A stretch of DNA of 64,000 nt. Origin: an uncultured Acidobacteriota bacterium (GTDB taxonomy: Bacteria; Acidobacteriota; UBA6911). Below are positions 43,460 to 52,577 of the stretch, piece by piece. The notes beneath the pieces are model-generated. The model had not been told where the DNA came from. It ran no database searches and saw only the letters and a program-made list of their open reading frames with translations. Each line of letters opens with the position of its first letter. The stretch's first letter is position 1. Location of the stretch: positions 864,001-928,000 of the forward strand of contig CAWEJX010000020.1 in assembly GCA_963809485.1 (NCBI GenBank). Reading direction: 5' to 3'. Both the position numbers and the translations under genes were made by a program.

Positions 43460-44215
43460 ATGAGAGCGAGCGGCCGCAACCATGATGCAATGCGCGAGGT
43501 ATGCATCGATCTGGATTACACGAAACATGCGGATGGGTCTGTGCAGATGGCGGTTGGAGACACTAGGGTTCTGTGCACCTGCACGGTCGAAGACAAGGTC
43601 CCGTTCTTTCTGAACCATATGAACCAGGGATGGGTTACGGCGGAGTATGGCATGCTTCCGGGCGCCACAACCACGCGCTCGGCGCGTGAAGCCGCGCGCG
43701 GCAAGCAATCGGGCAGAACCATCGAGATCCAGCGGCTGATCGGCCGTTCTCTGCGCTCGGTTGTGAACCTCTCGCTTTTGGGTACACGAACGCTCCTGAT
43801 CGATTGCGATGTCATTCAGGCGGACGGCGGAACACGGACCGCAGCCATCACCGGCGGGTTTCTGGCACTGGCGATAGCATTGAATAAACTGATGGATCGA
43901 AAGCTGCTTCCTTTTTCCCCATTGCAGGATTATGTGGCAGCAACCAGCGTCGGCATCATCGACGGGACTGCGTGCCTCGATCTCGACTATAAGGAAGATT
44001 TCAGGGCCGAGGTCGATATGAACCTCGTCATGACCGGCAACGGCCGTTATGTGGAGATCCAGGGGACAGCCGAAAAAACCCCATTCTCCGCGGAACAGTT
44101 CGAACAGCTGCAATCCCTGGGCGCTCAGGGGATACGTCAGTTGATCCAGTTGCAGAAGTCCGCGCTGGGGCCCCGTATGGACTTGAAGCGCCTGTTTCCC
44201 ACTCCTAAAGGATAG
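43460..44215 (+). CDS. rph: Ribonuclease PH
   Basis: GWVTAEYGMLP, SGRTIEIQRLIGRSLR, DGGTRTAAITG. Confidence 0.97.
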   Translation: MRASGRNHDAMREVCIDLDYTKHADGSVQMAVGDTRVLCTCTVEDKVPFFLNHMNQGWVTAEYGMLPGATTTRSAREAARGKQSGRTIEIQRLIGRSLRSVVNLSLLGTRTLLIDCDVIQADGGTRTAAITGGFLALAIALNKLMDRKLLPFSPLQDYVAATSVGIIDGTACLDLDYKEDFRAEVDMNLVMTGNGRYVEIQGTAEKTPFSAEQFEQLQSLGAQGIRQLIQLQKSALGPRMDLKRLFPTPKG

Positions 44216-44228
44216 AGCGTTCGTATTC

Positions 44229-44852
44229 ATGCCAGCTGCGGGTCTCCAAACTATTGTTGTTGCCACACGGAATGCCGGGAAATTGCGCGAATTCCGGAGC
44301 CTGCTTGCCTCTCTGGGGAGCCGGATTCTGAGCCTGAACGACCTGTCGCTGGATGCTGAACTGGAGGAATCCGGGGACAGCTTCGCGGAAAACGCGCGGC
44401 TGAAGGCGGTCGGCTACTCCTGTTTGACGAAATATCCTGTGCTTGCGGACGATTCCGGCCTGGAGGTCGAAGCGCTTGGGGGGCGGCCGGGTATCCATTC
44501 GGCCCGATATGCAGGGCCGGGAGCATCCGATCCCGATCGCATCTCAAAGCTTTTGCGCGAGCTTGAAAATGCGGCCGGAGGACGCAGCGCGCGTTTTGTA
44601 TGCGCCCTGGCCCTGGCGCAGGATGGGGAACTTCTGCTCGAAACCGAAGGGGAGTGCCGAGGCACCATCGCGAAGGGTCCGCGCGGGACAAACGGCTTCG
44701 GTTACGACCCGGTCTTTCTGTTCCCGGAACTCGGCAAAACCTATGCAGAGTTAGACGAATCGGAAAAGAACCAATACAGCCACCGTGCCCGCGCCGTCGC
44801 TTCCCTTCTGGATCAATCGAAGGAGTTCCGAATCGTCAATCGTCAATCGTAA
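44229..44852 (+). CDS. rdgB: RdgB/HAM1 dITP/XTP pyrophosphatase
   Basis: ATRNAGKLRE, ADDSGL, GFGYDPVF, SHRARA. Confidence 0.95.
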   Translation: MPAAGLQTIVVATRNAGKLREFRSLLASLGSRILSLNDLSLDAELEESGDSFAENARLKAVGYSCLTKYPVLADDSGLEVEALGGRPGIHSARYAGPGASDPDRISKLLRELENAAGGRSARFVCALALAQDGELLLETEGECRGTIAKGPRGTNGFGYDPVFLFPELGKTYAELDESEKNQYSHRARAVASLLDQSKEFRIVNRQS

Positions 44853-44914
44853 ATCGCGGCGCTGGCAGGCAGCCTCAAATTGAGTTAAAATGTCTTTCCC
44901 TTGTACCCTAAAGT

Positions 44915-44991
44915 CGGGGCATAGCGCAGCCTGGTAGCGCGCCTGCCTTGGGCGCAGGAGGTCTCCAGTTCAAATCTGGATGCCCCGACCA
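44915..44991 (+). tRNA. tRNA-Pro(TGG)
   Basis: 77-nt cloverleaf, anticodon arm cctgc-ctTGGgc-gcagg, TTCAAAT T-loop, encoded CCA. Confidence 0.97.
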
Positions 44992-45005
44992 TTCAAGATC
45001 ACGCA

Positions 45006-47048
45006 TCAGGCGCCCAATTTGCCCTTGGACGCCATGTCATCCGCAATTTTTTTCAAGCCCAAGCCTTCCAGCGTCTTTCTGGTAGGCCACCCGGTTTTGA
45101 CGTCCCAGCCCTCCAGTTTGTAGAAATGGGTCTTGAACTGATCCACTCCGGCCCTGTCAAGGTACAGGTCATCCTGTTTCTGAAAATCCCATTTACCGTT
45201 TTCGTAAACGGGCTTTCCGCCGCTGAGCGACATGAAGGAGGCGCCGGGCATATACATAAACGGGGCAAAATCTTCATTGTCCCTGCGTCTTCCCTGCATC
45301 ACCCTTATCGCCCGCTCCACGTTCCAGATCCTTCTGCCGATTTCCATGGTGTCGGCGAAAGTGAGTTTGTTCCCGGTGACGGCGTGATAGTAGCGATACT
45401 CCAATTCGGGGCTGGGGCCGGCGATGCCGCTTGCGGACCTGCTGACGAACACGGGCAGCATCATTTCGCAGAATGACATGGATTCGTTATAGAAACCGGC
45501 AAAACGCCTGGCCCAGGCTACCATTTTGGCCTTGTGTTCGGAATAGATGCCGGTCTTCCAGGCGTCCTGTCCTTTCCAGGAATTGCTGAATATCAACGGG
45601 TCGCCGTCAAAGGGCACAACTTTTTGGGACAGCATATCGACAAGCTGCTCGGCCGTGTACGCAGCCGGCCCGCCCCCGGGACCGCCGCCCGGACCCAGCG
45701 AGAAAAATCCGTGCCACATCGGATCGCCGGACATCAGAAGGTAGCCGTAGGCCCAGTCCGCGCCGGGAAGCGTCCAATGCCAGCTGGCCCCCCAGGCCGG
45801 GAGCCGCAATGCGCCGGAGTTCAGATCCTCCTCGAGCCGTCCCCACTTTTTGGCCGCCTCCAGAATCCCTTCAGCAAGATCCGCACCTATCCCGATTTTC
45901 CGTGTGATGGCATCGCAGAAGGCTTCGCGAAAATTCAGCTGGCCCCATTGATCCATCGGCAGCGGATGGGATTCGATTTTCCTGCCCGGTCCCAGCACTC
46001 CGATTTCATAGAGGTATTTGATATACCAGCCCATCCCGGGCTCCATGGGCACCTTGCCCTTGAACAGCGCGGGCGCGCCGGGCACTTCCGCCTCGAAAGC
46101 GCCGCCGAACTTGGTGGCCCAGGTGCAAATCCCCCATTTGATGGCAATGTCGGCGCCTCTCATCTGGTCCGGCATATACCAATATTGATCCGCGCACATG
46201 GATTCGCCGCCGTAATAGGAGTCCCGCCTGCGGTCGCTGTTGACGCAAGGCATACACGCGGATGCGCCCGCCTGGACTCCCATGCTCCTGGGAAAAGCCT
46301 GTATATGCCAAATTCTTGTGTCCACCAGGCCTTTGGGGTCTGCAGCCTGAATGCTGCCAGTTCCGATCACGCTGATGGCCTTCAGGTTCTTGGAACCGAA
46401 AACGCCTCCGAACCCTCCCGTCCGGGCGTTGATGCCGCTACCATGAATCAAGGATGCAACCCGCGCCATCGACTCACCCACGGGGCCGATGCAGACAATC
46501 TGCGGCCTTGCGGTTGTGTAGTCATTGCCTATCGGGTGCCATTCATCGCCGAAACGGGTTCTCCCGGCCACCATCGAGAGAATCTGGCCCTGTGTTTCAT
46601 TAGTATTCAGGCCCCAGAGCGACTTGGCATCCTCGATCGTCGCCTTATCGTTGATGATGTTGATCCAGACCGGCCTGTCCGCCTTGCCATGCACCACGAC
46701 GCCATCCCAGCCGGCAAGCTTCATCATGGTGGCGAACCTGCCGCCAAAACTGGTCCGATGAAACAGGCTCGTCGGGAAGGTCTCCGGGGCTATGGCGCAA
46801 ACGCTGGTCCTTCCGGCTCCGGGAACGCCGGTTGCTGCCAAAGGCCCGCTCATCAGCGAAATCACGTTCCTCGGGTCAAACGCATCCTGCAAGTCCCAAT
46901 CGCCCGGCGCGACCGCCAGGTCCCAGAATATGGCGGCACTTATTCCGACTCCGCCGCCGAATTCCTCGTACCTGGCGGTATCGATCGTGCTGACCTCTTT
47001 CGTCGTCAGATTCACTTTCAGAATCTTTCCTGCATATCCGTTTGCCAT
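45006..47048 (-). CDS. Aldehyde:ferredoxin oxidoreductase (AOR/WOR)-family W/Mo-pterin enzyme
   Basis: GYAGKILKVNL, GGRF...MK.AGWDGVV, GGFGGVFGSKNLKAI, FYKLEGWD..TG.PT...LE.LGL. Confidence 0.9.
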   Translation of the reverse strand: MANGYAGKILKVNLTTKEVSTIDTARYEEFGGGVGISAAIFWDLAVAPGDWDLQDAFDPRNVISLMSGPLAATGVPGAGRTSVCAIAPETFPTSLFHRTSFGGRFATMMKLAGWDGVVVHGKADRPVWINIINDKATIEDAKSLWGLNTNETQGQILSMVAGRTRFGDEWHPIGNDYTTARPQIVCIGPVGESMARVASLIHGSGINARTGGFGGVFGSKNLKAISVIGTGSIQAADPKGLVDTRIWHIQAFPRSMGVQAGASACMPCVNSDRRRDSYYGGESMCADQYWYMPDQMRGADIAIKWGICTWATKFGGAFEAEVPGAPALFKGKVPMEPGMGWYIKYLYEIGVLGPGRKIESHPLPMDQWGQLNFREAFCDAITRKIGIGADLAEGILEAAKKWGRLEEDLNSGALRLPAWGASWHWTLPGADWAYGYLLMSGDPMWHGFFSLGPGGGPGGGPAAYTAEQLVDMLSQKVVPFDGDPLIFSNSWKGQDAWKTGIYSEHKAKMVAWARRFAGFYNESMSFCEMMLPVFVSRSASGIAGPSPELEYRYYHAVTGNKLTFADTMEIGRRIWNVERAIRVMQGRRRDNEDFAPFMYMPGASFMSLSGGKPVYENGKWDFQKQDDLYLDRAGVDQFKTHFYKLEGWDVKTGWPTRKTLEGLGLKKIADDMASKGKLGA

Positions 47049-47050
47049 GG

Positions 47051-47797
47051 CTATGCTCCTTCCTTCGATGCCGGTTTCGAGGCCTTTTTGGGCGCCGCTT
47101 TGGGCGGCGGAGCCAGATTGACGTCATACCCGGCGACATCCAATTGCGAAGGAGCTTCATGCACCAGCTTCAGCGCCTTGACCGGGCAGGTCTCCACGCA
47201 TGCCTGTTTGCCGTCGGGACCGCCCTTTTGGCTCCAATAAGGCGCGTCGGCGCACAGGTCGCATTTCGTGGATTTGCTTTTCGCTGAATTCCAGACTGTC
47301 CGGTGCGGCCGCTGCGGGCAGGAGTTGATGCACTGCTTGCAGCCGATGCATTTCGACTGGTCGATCAAACGAACATTACCGTTGGCCGCGTCCACGTGAC
47401 AGGCTCCCGTGGGGCAGTTCTGTACGCACAGCGGCGAGACGCACTGGCGGCACACCGACATGACAATGTCGTAGGGGTATTTGGTGAAAGATGGGGCATC
47501 CCGGATGATTTGTATTCTCGACAGCGAGGGATTGGCCATTCCCTCGTGGGTCATGGAGCAGGCAAACATGCAGCTCTGGCAGCCCAGGCAGAGCCGGCTG
47601 TCATAGACGATGTATCCGGTCGACGCCTCGTAGGTCGGTTTTGCCGCCGCGGGCCCGGTTTGCTCCGGCGTTGCTGCAATCGTTTCGGGAACACAGACAG
47701 TCAGCGCTCCGGCCGCGATCGCGGCTCCGCCGCCGGCCAGAAATTCCCTGCGCAGAACCTTTTTATTCCTGTCACCGGCTTTCCTAATTTCAGCCAT
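47051..47797 (-). CDS. Tat-signal 4x[4Fe-4S] ferredoxin subunit (DmsB/NrfC-like)
   Basis: LRREFL twin-arginine motif; CLGCQSC..C, CRQC..P.C..CP, CIGCKQC..CP, KCDLC...C..CP. Confidence 0.9.
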   Translation of the reverse strand: MAEIRKAGDRNKKVLRREFLAGGGAAIAAGALTVCVPETIAATPEQTGPAAAKPTYEASTGYIVYDSRLCLGCQSCMFACSMTHEGMANPSLSRIQIIRDAPSFTKYPYDIVMSVCRQCVSPLCVQNCPTGACHVDAANGNVRLIDQSKCIGCKQCINSCPQRPHRTVWNSAKSKSTKCDLCADAPYWSQKGGPDGKQACVETCPVKALKLVHEAPSQLDVAGYDVNLAPPPKAAPKKASKPASKEGA

Positions 47798-47884
47798 GGA
47801 CTATCTCCTCCTTTATTCGGCAGCATTCTCCTTGCCGTCGGGATCTTGAGCCCAATGATAAAAAAAGCTACTCCGTATGATGCT

Positions 47885-48045
47885 TAACAACCCCCGGCCA
47901 AGCCATAGGATTGACTGCAGCGCGCTCAAAGCGGCTGAACGAGCCCCACCAGCCCAAACGGATGACAAACACTGACCTCAAAAATAGTAGTCAGTGTTCA
48001 TCAGCGTTTTTTCAGCGTATGTCAGCGTTACCTGATACTGCAGCC
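47885..48045. repeat. Degenerate relative of the IS200-like element
   Basis: ccccggccaagcc, cgctcaaagcgg and tcagcgt..tcagcgttacctgat motifs shared with the 397-bp copies and the 38250 remnant. Confidence 0.45.
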
Positions 48046-48073
48046 GCAATACTCTTCTGGTCCCTCTATTTAC

Positions 48074-49216
48074 CTATGCCAGAAGCTCCTGTGCCCGGAT
48101 TAACCGATCCCGGACATGGACTCCATTCGGGCATTGGATTGCGCATTCGGAGCAATCGCCGCAGCGAATGTCGCGGACTTCCTTGGACAGGTCCCTGAAG
48201 CTCGCCAAAGCCTGGTGATAGTTGCCGCAGAAGTCGTGATAGGCGAGAAATCGCATCACATCGGTCACGGGCATGCCTTTCGGGCATTTCCCGCTGCACT
48301 CGTAGCACATGCGGCAGTACAGAGGCCGTATCTGCTCGTTCCGAACGTAAAGGAGCTTCTCATCCGCCGGCGTATAGGGTTCGGACATTGCCCGGAAGTT
48401 CATTTCGAGTTCCGGAATCTTCCGCATGTGAGGAACCGTTGTCCCGATGGCCGGATTTTTCAAAACCCATTTAATGCCGGCGAGAGGGCCTTCACCCGTC
48501 GTTTTGGGAGGATTATCGAGCACCTTCAGATTCAGGCCCGTCAACGCCACGACGACCTTCATCGCAATAACGCCGATACCGGCATCGTGGAGCTTTGCAA
48601 TCGCCTGGTCCCTGTAATACCCTCCGATGGCAAAACTGTAAGTGGTCTGTATGACGTCAAATTTCCCGGTCTTTATAATGAAATCGACCATCCTGTTCGG
48701 ATCGTGGCAGCTGAAACCGATGAAGCGCGCTTTCCCCGACTGTTTGCATTGCTCCAGAGCTTCAATGGCTTCATCCGGGACCGATGCCGGTGTATCCCGC
48801 GCGTGGAGGTGCCAGATATCGACATAGTCCGTGCCCAGCTCTTTCAGACTGGTGTCGAGGTCGCGCAAAATATCTGGCTTTTTTCGCGAGGGGGATTTGG
48901 TCGCAATAACGATTTTGTCTCTCTGCCTGCCCTTGATCACGCCAGAGAAGATTTTTTCGCTGTCGCCGTAGTCGCGGGCGGTATCGAAATAATTGACGCC
49001 CATGTCCAGGGCTCGCGCGACCACCTCTGTAATAGGTACAAAGCCTATGCCGTAGCCGACACCCGATACCTTTAAACCCGTTTTGCCCAAGGTCCTATAA
49101 ACAACCTTGGGAGGTTCCTGAAACATCGAATCCAGGCCTTTGGATGAAACAAGCCCAGCTGCCGGCAGGGTAAGACCTGCCTGAAGAAATTGCCTTCGTG
49201 ACCGATTGAGGCTCAC
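48074..49216 (-). CDS. Tat-signal aldo/keto reductase with C-terminal Fe-S domain
   Basis: SRRQFL signal; YRTLGKTG, GVNYFDTA..Y, IATK, SL..LGTDYVD; CRMCYECSGKCP and CGDCSEC..CP. Confidence 0.88.
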   Translation of the reverse strand: MSLNRSRRQFLQAGLTLPAAGLVSSKGLDSMFQEPPKVVYRTLGKTGLKVSGVGYGIGFVPITEVVARALDMGVNYFDTARDYGDSEKIFSGVIKGRQRDKIVIATKSPSRKKPDILRDLDTSLKELGTDYVDIWHLHARDTPASVPDEAIEALEQCKQSGKARFIGFSCHDPNRMVDFIIKTGKFDVIQTTYSFAIGGYYRDQAIAKLHDAGIGVIAMKVVVALTGLNLKVLDNPPKTTGEGPLAGIKWVLKNPAIGTTVPHMRKIPELEMNFRAMSEPYTPADEKLLYVRNEQIRPLYCRMCYECSGKCPKGMPVTDVMRFLAYHDFCGNYHQALASFRDLSKEVRDIRCGDCSECAIQCPNGVHVRDRLIRAQELLA

Positions 49217-49491
49217 AAAACCTCCTGTTTGATGGAATTATTTGTCTTTCGCAGATTGCGAAGCATCTTGAATTACTCATTCGCTGCATAACAAGGAACC
49301 CACGCAACCTCAGAGGGCTCCCCAGTGCTCTTTAATTGTAATTGAAAATGTAAGAATTTGTTATATTTTTCATGTGTCTCAGTTTCGTAAAATTTTGAAG
49401 CTGGAATTCATTGGCAGAAGCATCCCTGTAGACTGGGGAAACGCCGCTTTTAGAATTGCCGGCAAGAAGATCCGGCGTGCAAGGGCCGATA

Positions 49492-49635
49492 GATGAAAAA
49501 ACCGCGTATGTGCAGGGCAACCTTGCCATCCTGGAAAGAGACCGCTCGCGCGGCGCCCACAATTTCGATTATGCGCTGGAAATCATGGCCCTAGCGGCAG
49601 CAGACCTCAAGGAAATCAAGACCGCGATGAAATAG
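49492..49635 (+). pseudogene. Probable C-terminal remnant of a multiheme cytochrome c gene
   Basis: Translates as DEKTAYVQGNLAILERDRSRGAHNFDYALEIM..., a DxSxGxHNxxYA motif; no 5' part of the gene. Confidence 0.45.
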
Positions 49636-49918
49636 CTTTCCAATGGTTCGGGGTTCGAGCCTTGAGAGCCAACCAGGCAAGGGCTGTGTCCTTGATATCC
49701 CGCTGAACAACAGCTGGATATCGAAGCCAGAAGTCAGGAGCCGGTGTCCGCTTGAATTCTGGCTTTCGACTCCCGGCTTCTTGTTTCGAACCCTAATGAA
49801 ATTCTCGTAACATCAGAAATAACGGTTCAATGAACCTATGTGGCGATGGCGAGCATGATATCCATATTCGCTCGGAATGCATTGGTTCGGTAGCCGGAAG
49901 CGTTATCAATTTACGGCC

Positions 49919-50315
49919 AGTCAGGTACCTCCGGCAAAGCCGGAGGCTTGAAAGATTGGAACCGCTCAAAGCGGTTGGAGGAGTTATGCCGGTCTTGAAC
50001 GCTGACTTACGCGGGCAAAAGCCGATGAGGCGCTTCCGATCCCCGCAGGGGCCAGCGCTCCGCGCTGGAAAGTTTTCTGCGGCGGCACTGTGGCAAGCGC
50101 CATGCGGCAAGGAGATGAAGGGTGTGAGAAACCGGGCGTTTGCTACAGTGCCGCCGCAGCAAACTCCATCGGAAGCGCCTCATCGGCTTTTGCTCGCCGA
50201 CCCTCGCCGAACAAATCGGCGTTTGTCAGCGCTCTTATCAGCGTTTCTCAGCGTTTCAAAATACGGAGCTGTCAAACTCTTTGAGTCCCCCGGCAGAGCC
50301 GGGGGTTTACCAATG
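49919..50315 (-). mobile_element. 397-bp non-autonomous IS200/IS605-like element, copy 2
   Basis: cctccggcaaagccggagg and cccccggcagagccggggg end hairpins; near-identical to copies 1 and 3. Confidence 0.8.
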
Positions 50316-50372
50316 GAATCACGAATCAGGATCACGGAACAGACTCCCATTGCAGCAGCGGATCGGCGCAGA

Positions 50373-50810
50373 TTACGGTGTCTCGGATTTGTGGCAGGTC
50401 AGACAGCGTGTGTTTGCAGCAAAAGCCGTCGGCATGCCGTCGTTCCGATTTTGCCCGTTATGGCATTGGGCGCATCCATCGGCTTCGTGCGGGACTTCCA
50501 TCCCGATAGGGCCTCCCGAAACGCGCTCAAACGGCACAGGGTGGCAATGGTCGCAGGAAAATCCGACGGATCCGGCTGCCGCCTTGTCCGGCTTTACGGC
50601 AAGATGCCTTAGATGCGAGAATGCAACAGGATCCATGCGATTCAGCTTGATAACAACGTCAACAGCGGGTATTGGTTGAGCAACGGGATCGCTATTAAGG
50701 GCGAAACCGATTGCCGCCAGGCAGCCAAGGGCACAGAGGAGCGCAATAAGCTTTTTCGCCTTGCGCCCCCAAATGGCCTCAATGTCTTTTCTGTGAAGAG
50801 TCTTTTCCAT
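50373..50810 (-). CDS. Triheme cytochrome c (c7/c3-like)
   Basis: Hydrophobic N-terminal segment, FSHLRH, CDHCH, CAQCH, CLTCH. Confidence 0.85.
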   Translation of the reverse strand: MEKTLHRKDIEAIWGRKAKKLIALLCALGCLAAIGFALNSDPVAQPIPAVDVVIKLNRMDPVAFSHLRHLAVKPDKAAAGSVGFSCDHCHPVPFERVSGGPIGMEVPHEADGCAQCHNGQNRNDGMPTAFAANTRCLTCHKSETP

Positions 50811-50815
50811 ACAAG

Positions 50816-51721
50816 CTATTTCTCGGTGGGAGTCGCTCCATGGACTCTCTCGACATCCTTTTTTGCACCCATCAGCGCGTCGTATCGGGCTTGCCCGACC
50901 TCGAGGAATTTTCCCACCAAAACGGTGTGCGCATCCACAGGGAGCTTTTTGTAATCCACTTCCGTCAGGAACCGCCCGACCGTGCTTCGCACAACCTGCT
51001 GCCTGTCCCTCTCTCCCGCAAACGATACAACCGCCACCGGAGTCTCAAGCGGATAGTGCCGTTTCAGCTGCTCGAAGAGTCTCGCATAGTTGAGATTCAT
51101 GGTGTAGATCACCATGCTCGTCTGCGCGGCCATCAGCTTTTCGTTGACATCCTTGCGGCCCGGCCAGTCGTCCATGGTCACGATGACGGAGTTCGTGTCG
51201 TAGCCGAAAACCGGGCTCATCTTCACAGCCGCGCTGGACGCCTGAAAGGCTCCGATGCCCGGAATGATCTCCGAAGGGAAATCCTTCGGCAGCATCTCGA
51301 GATAAAAAGTGGTGCCGTAAATCATGGGGTCCCCGCCCTCCAGGGCCGCCACAATCTTGCCTGCCTCGACCGCCTTGCGTATTTTTTCCGCGGCCGCCTG
51401 CCGGTGGGCAGCGTTCTTTTCCACGATGGCGCGCATGTCCGGGTCGCTGACGTCCTTCGGATCCAGACCCAGGCCTACGCGGGCGCCGTGGGGACAATAG
51501 ATGACTTCCTTGCCGCCGATGAAGTCCTTCCAGTATTCCTTCTCCGAAGGCTCCTCCAGCAGGATAACGTCAGCCTTCCTGATGACCTCCACTCCCCGGA
51601 CCGTGATCAGGTCGGGCGCCGTGCCCATCCCGACGATGTAGAACTTCCCCGGCGCCGCCAGGGCTGTCTGCGCGAAAGCGACAACCGCCACAAAGCCGAT
51701 GTATCGAAAAAGCCGATGCAT
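50816..51721 (-). CDS. Tetrapyrrole methylase (CobM/CbiF-like) with N-terminal signal peptide
   Basis: FYIVGMG..PDLIT.RG...I..ADVI, L.GGDPMIYG, IIPGIGAFQA, YPLETPVAVV; leader ending TALA. Confidence 0.8.
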   Translation of the reverse strand: MHRLFRYIGFVAVVAFAQTALAAPGKFYIVGMGTAPDLITVRGVEVIRKADVILLEEPSEKEYWKDFIGGKEVIYCPHGARVGLGLDPKDVSDPDMRAIVEKNAAHRQAAAEKIRKAVEAGKIVAALEGGDPMIYGTTFYLEMLPKDFPSEIIPGIGAFQASSAAVKMSPVFGYDTNSVIVTMDDWPGRKDVNEKLMAAQTSMVIYTMNLNYARLFEQLKRHYPLETPVAVVSFAGERDRQQVVRSTVGRFLTEVDYKKLPVDAHTVLVGKFLEVGQARYDALMGAKKDVERVHGATPTEK

Positions 51722-52063
51722 TCCGTTTTCCCTTTCCCCTATGCGTACTGTAACGTCCGCATACCATATGCCTTTTATCAATTACATAACGCGCGGTTGC
51801 TTATACACGACTTGATAATTTTATACAAGACTTTTTCCTCTCCGCGGGTTCCGGGCGGGAATTGGCCGACGGAGGCTTCGGGTTCCGGAGTGTTTGAAAC
51901 TTGAGAGCCGTGCCCAATCGGCGGGGAGAGGGAGTATCCTCGGGCGAATCCGGAAGCGTTGCGGTTGCCGGCCCCTCAAAAAGACCTGATCGGAACCAAC
52001 AAAGGATAAACTGGCTTCATGCGCAATAAATATCTTTGCAGCTTTTTGAACCGCAGAATGTCG

Positions 52064-52460
52064 AGTCAGGCACCTCCGGCAAAGCCGGAGGCTTGAAAGA
52101 TTTGAACCGCTCAAAGCGGTTGGAGGAGTTATGCCGGTCTTGAACGCTGACTTACGCGGGCAAAAGCCGATGAGGCGCTTCCGATCCCCGCAGGGGCCAG
52201 CGCTCCGCGCTGGACAGTTTTCTGCGGCGGCACTGTGGCAAGCGCCGTGAGGCAAGGAGATGAAGGGTATGAGAAACCGGGCGTTTGCCACAGTGCCGCT
52301 GCAGAAAACTCCATCGGAAGCGCCTCATCGGCTTTTGCTCGCCGACCCTCGCCGAACAAATCGGCGTTTGTCAGCGCTTTTATCAGCGTTTCTCAGCGTT
52401 TCAAAATACGGAGCTGTCAAACTCTTTGAGTCCCCCGGCAGAGCCGGTGGTTTACCAATG
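52064..52460 (-). mobile_element. 397-bp non-autonomous IS200/IS605-like element, copy 3
   Basis: Near-identical to copies 1 and 2, same orientation. Confidence 0.8.
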
Positions 52461-52577
52461 TAATTAGGAATGATGAATTCCGAGGTCGGGCTTAACTTCT
52501 GCGGTGCAACATTCGACATTCAATATTTGTCAAACGGCTGACGCCTCACCGGCAGGGCCGGCGGATCTGCCCATGGA

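Noticed and set aside
44915-45010. tRNA-Pro as the attachment site of an integrated island
   Set aside because: No integrase and no duplicated tRNA 3' end seen in the window; rph-rdgB-tRNA-Pro is ordinary synteny
45534-47240. Long antisense ORFs (e.g. 2164-3378, 30652-32304, 32283-33749, 45534-47240) and the alternate-frame-like ORF 57871-59469
   Set aside because: Shadow frames opposite well-supported genes in high-GC DNA, with no recognisable motifs
49830-50679. ORFs of 60-260 aa overlapping the 397-bp repeats (also near 28.8-29.4 kb and 51.8-52.5 kb)
   Set aside because: Starts and stops differ between copies and there is no HUH or other transposase motif; they are by-products of GC-rich palindromic DNA
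28854-52460. Repeats considered as a CRISPR array
   Set aside because: No regularly spaced 25-45-bp repeats with unique spacers and no cas genes
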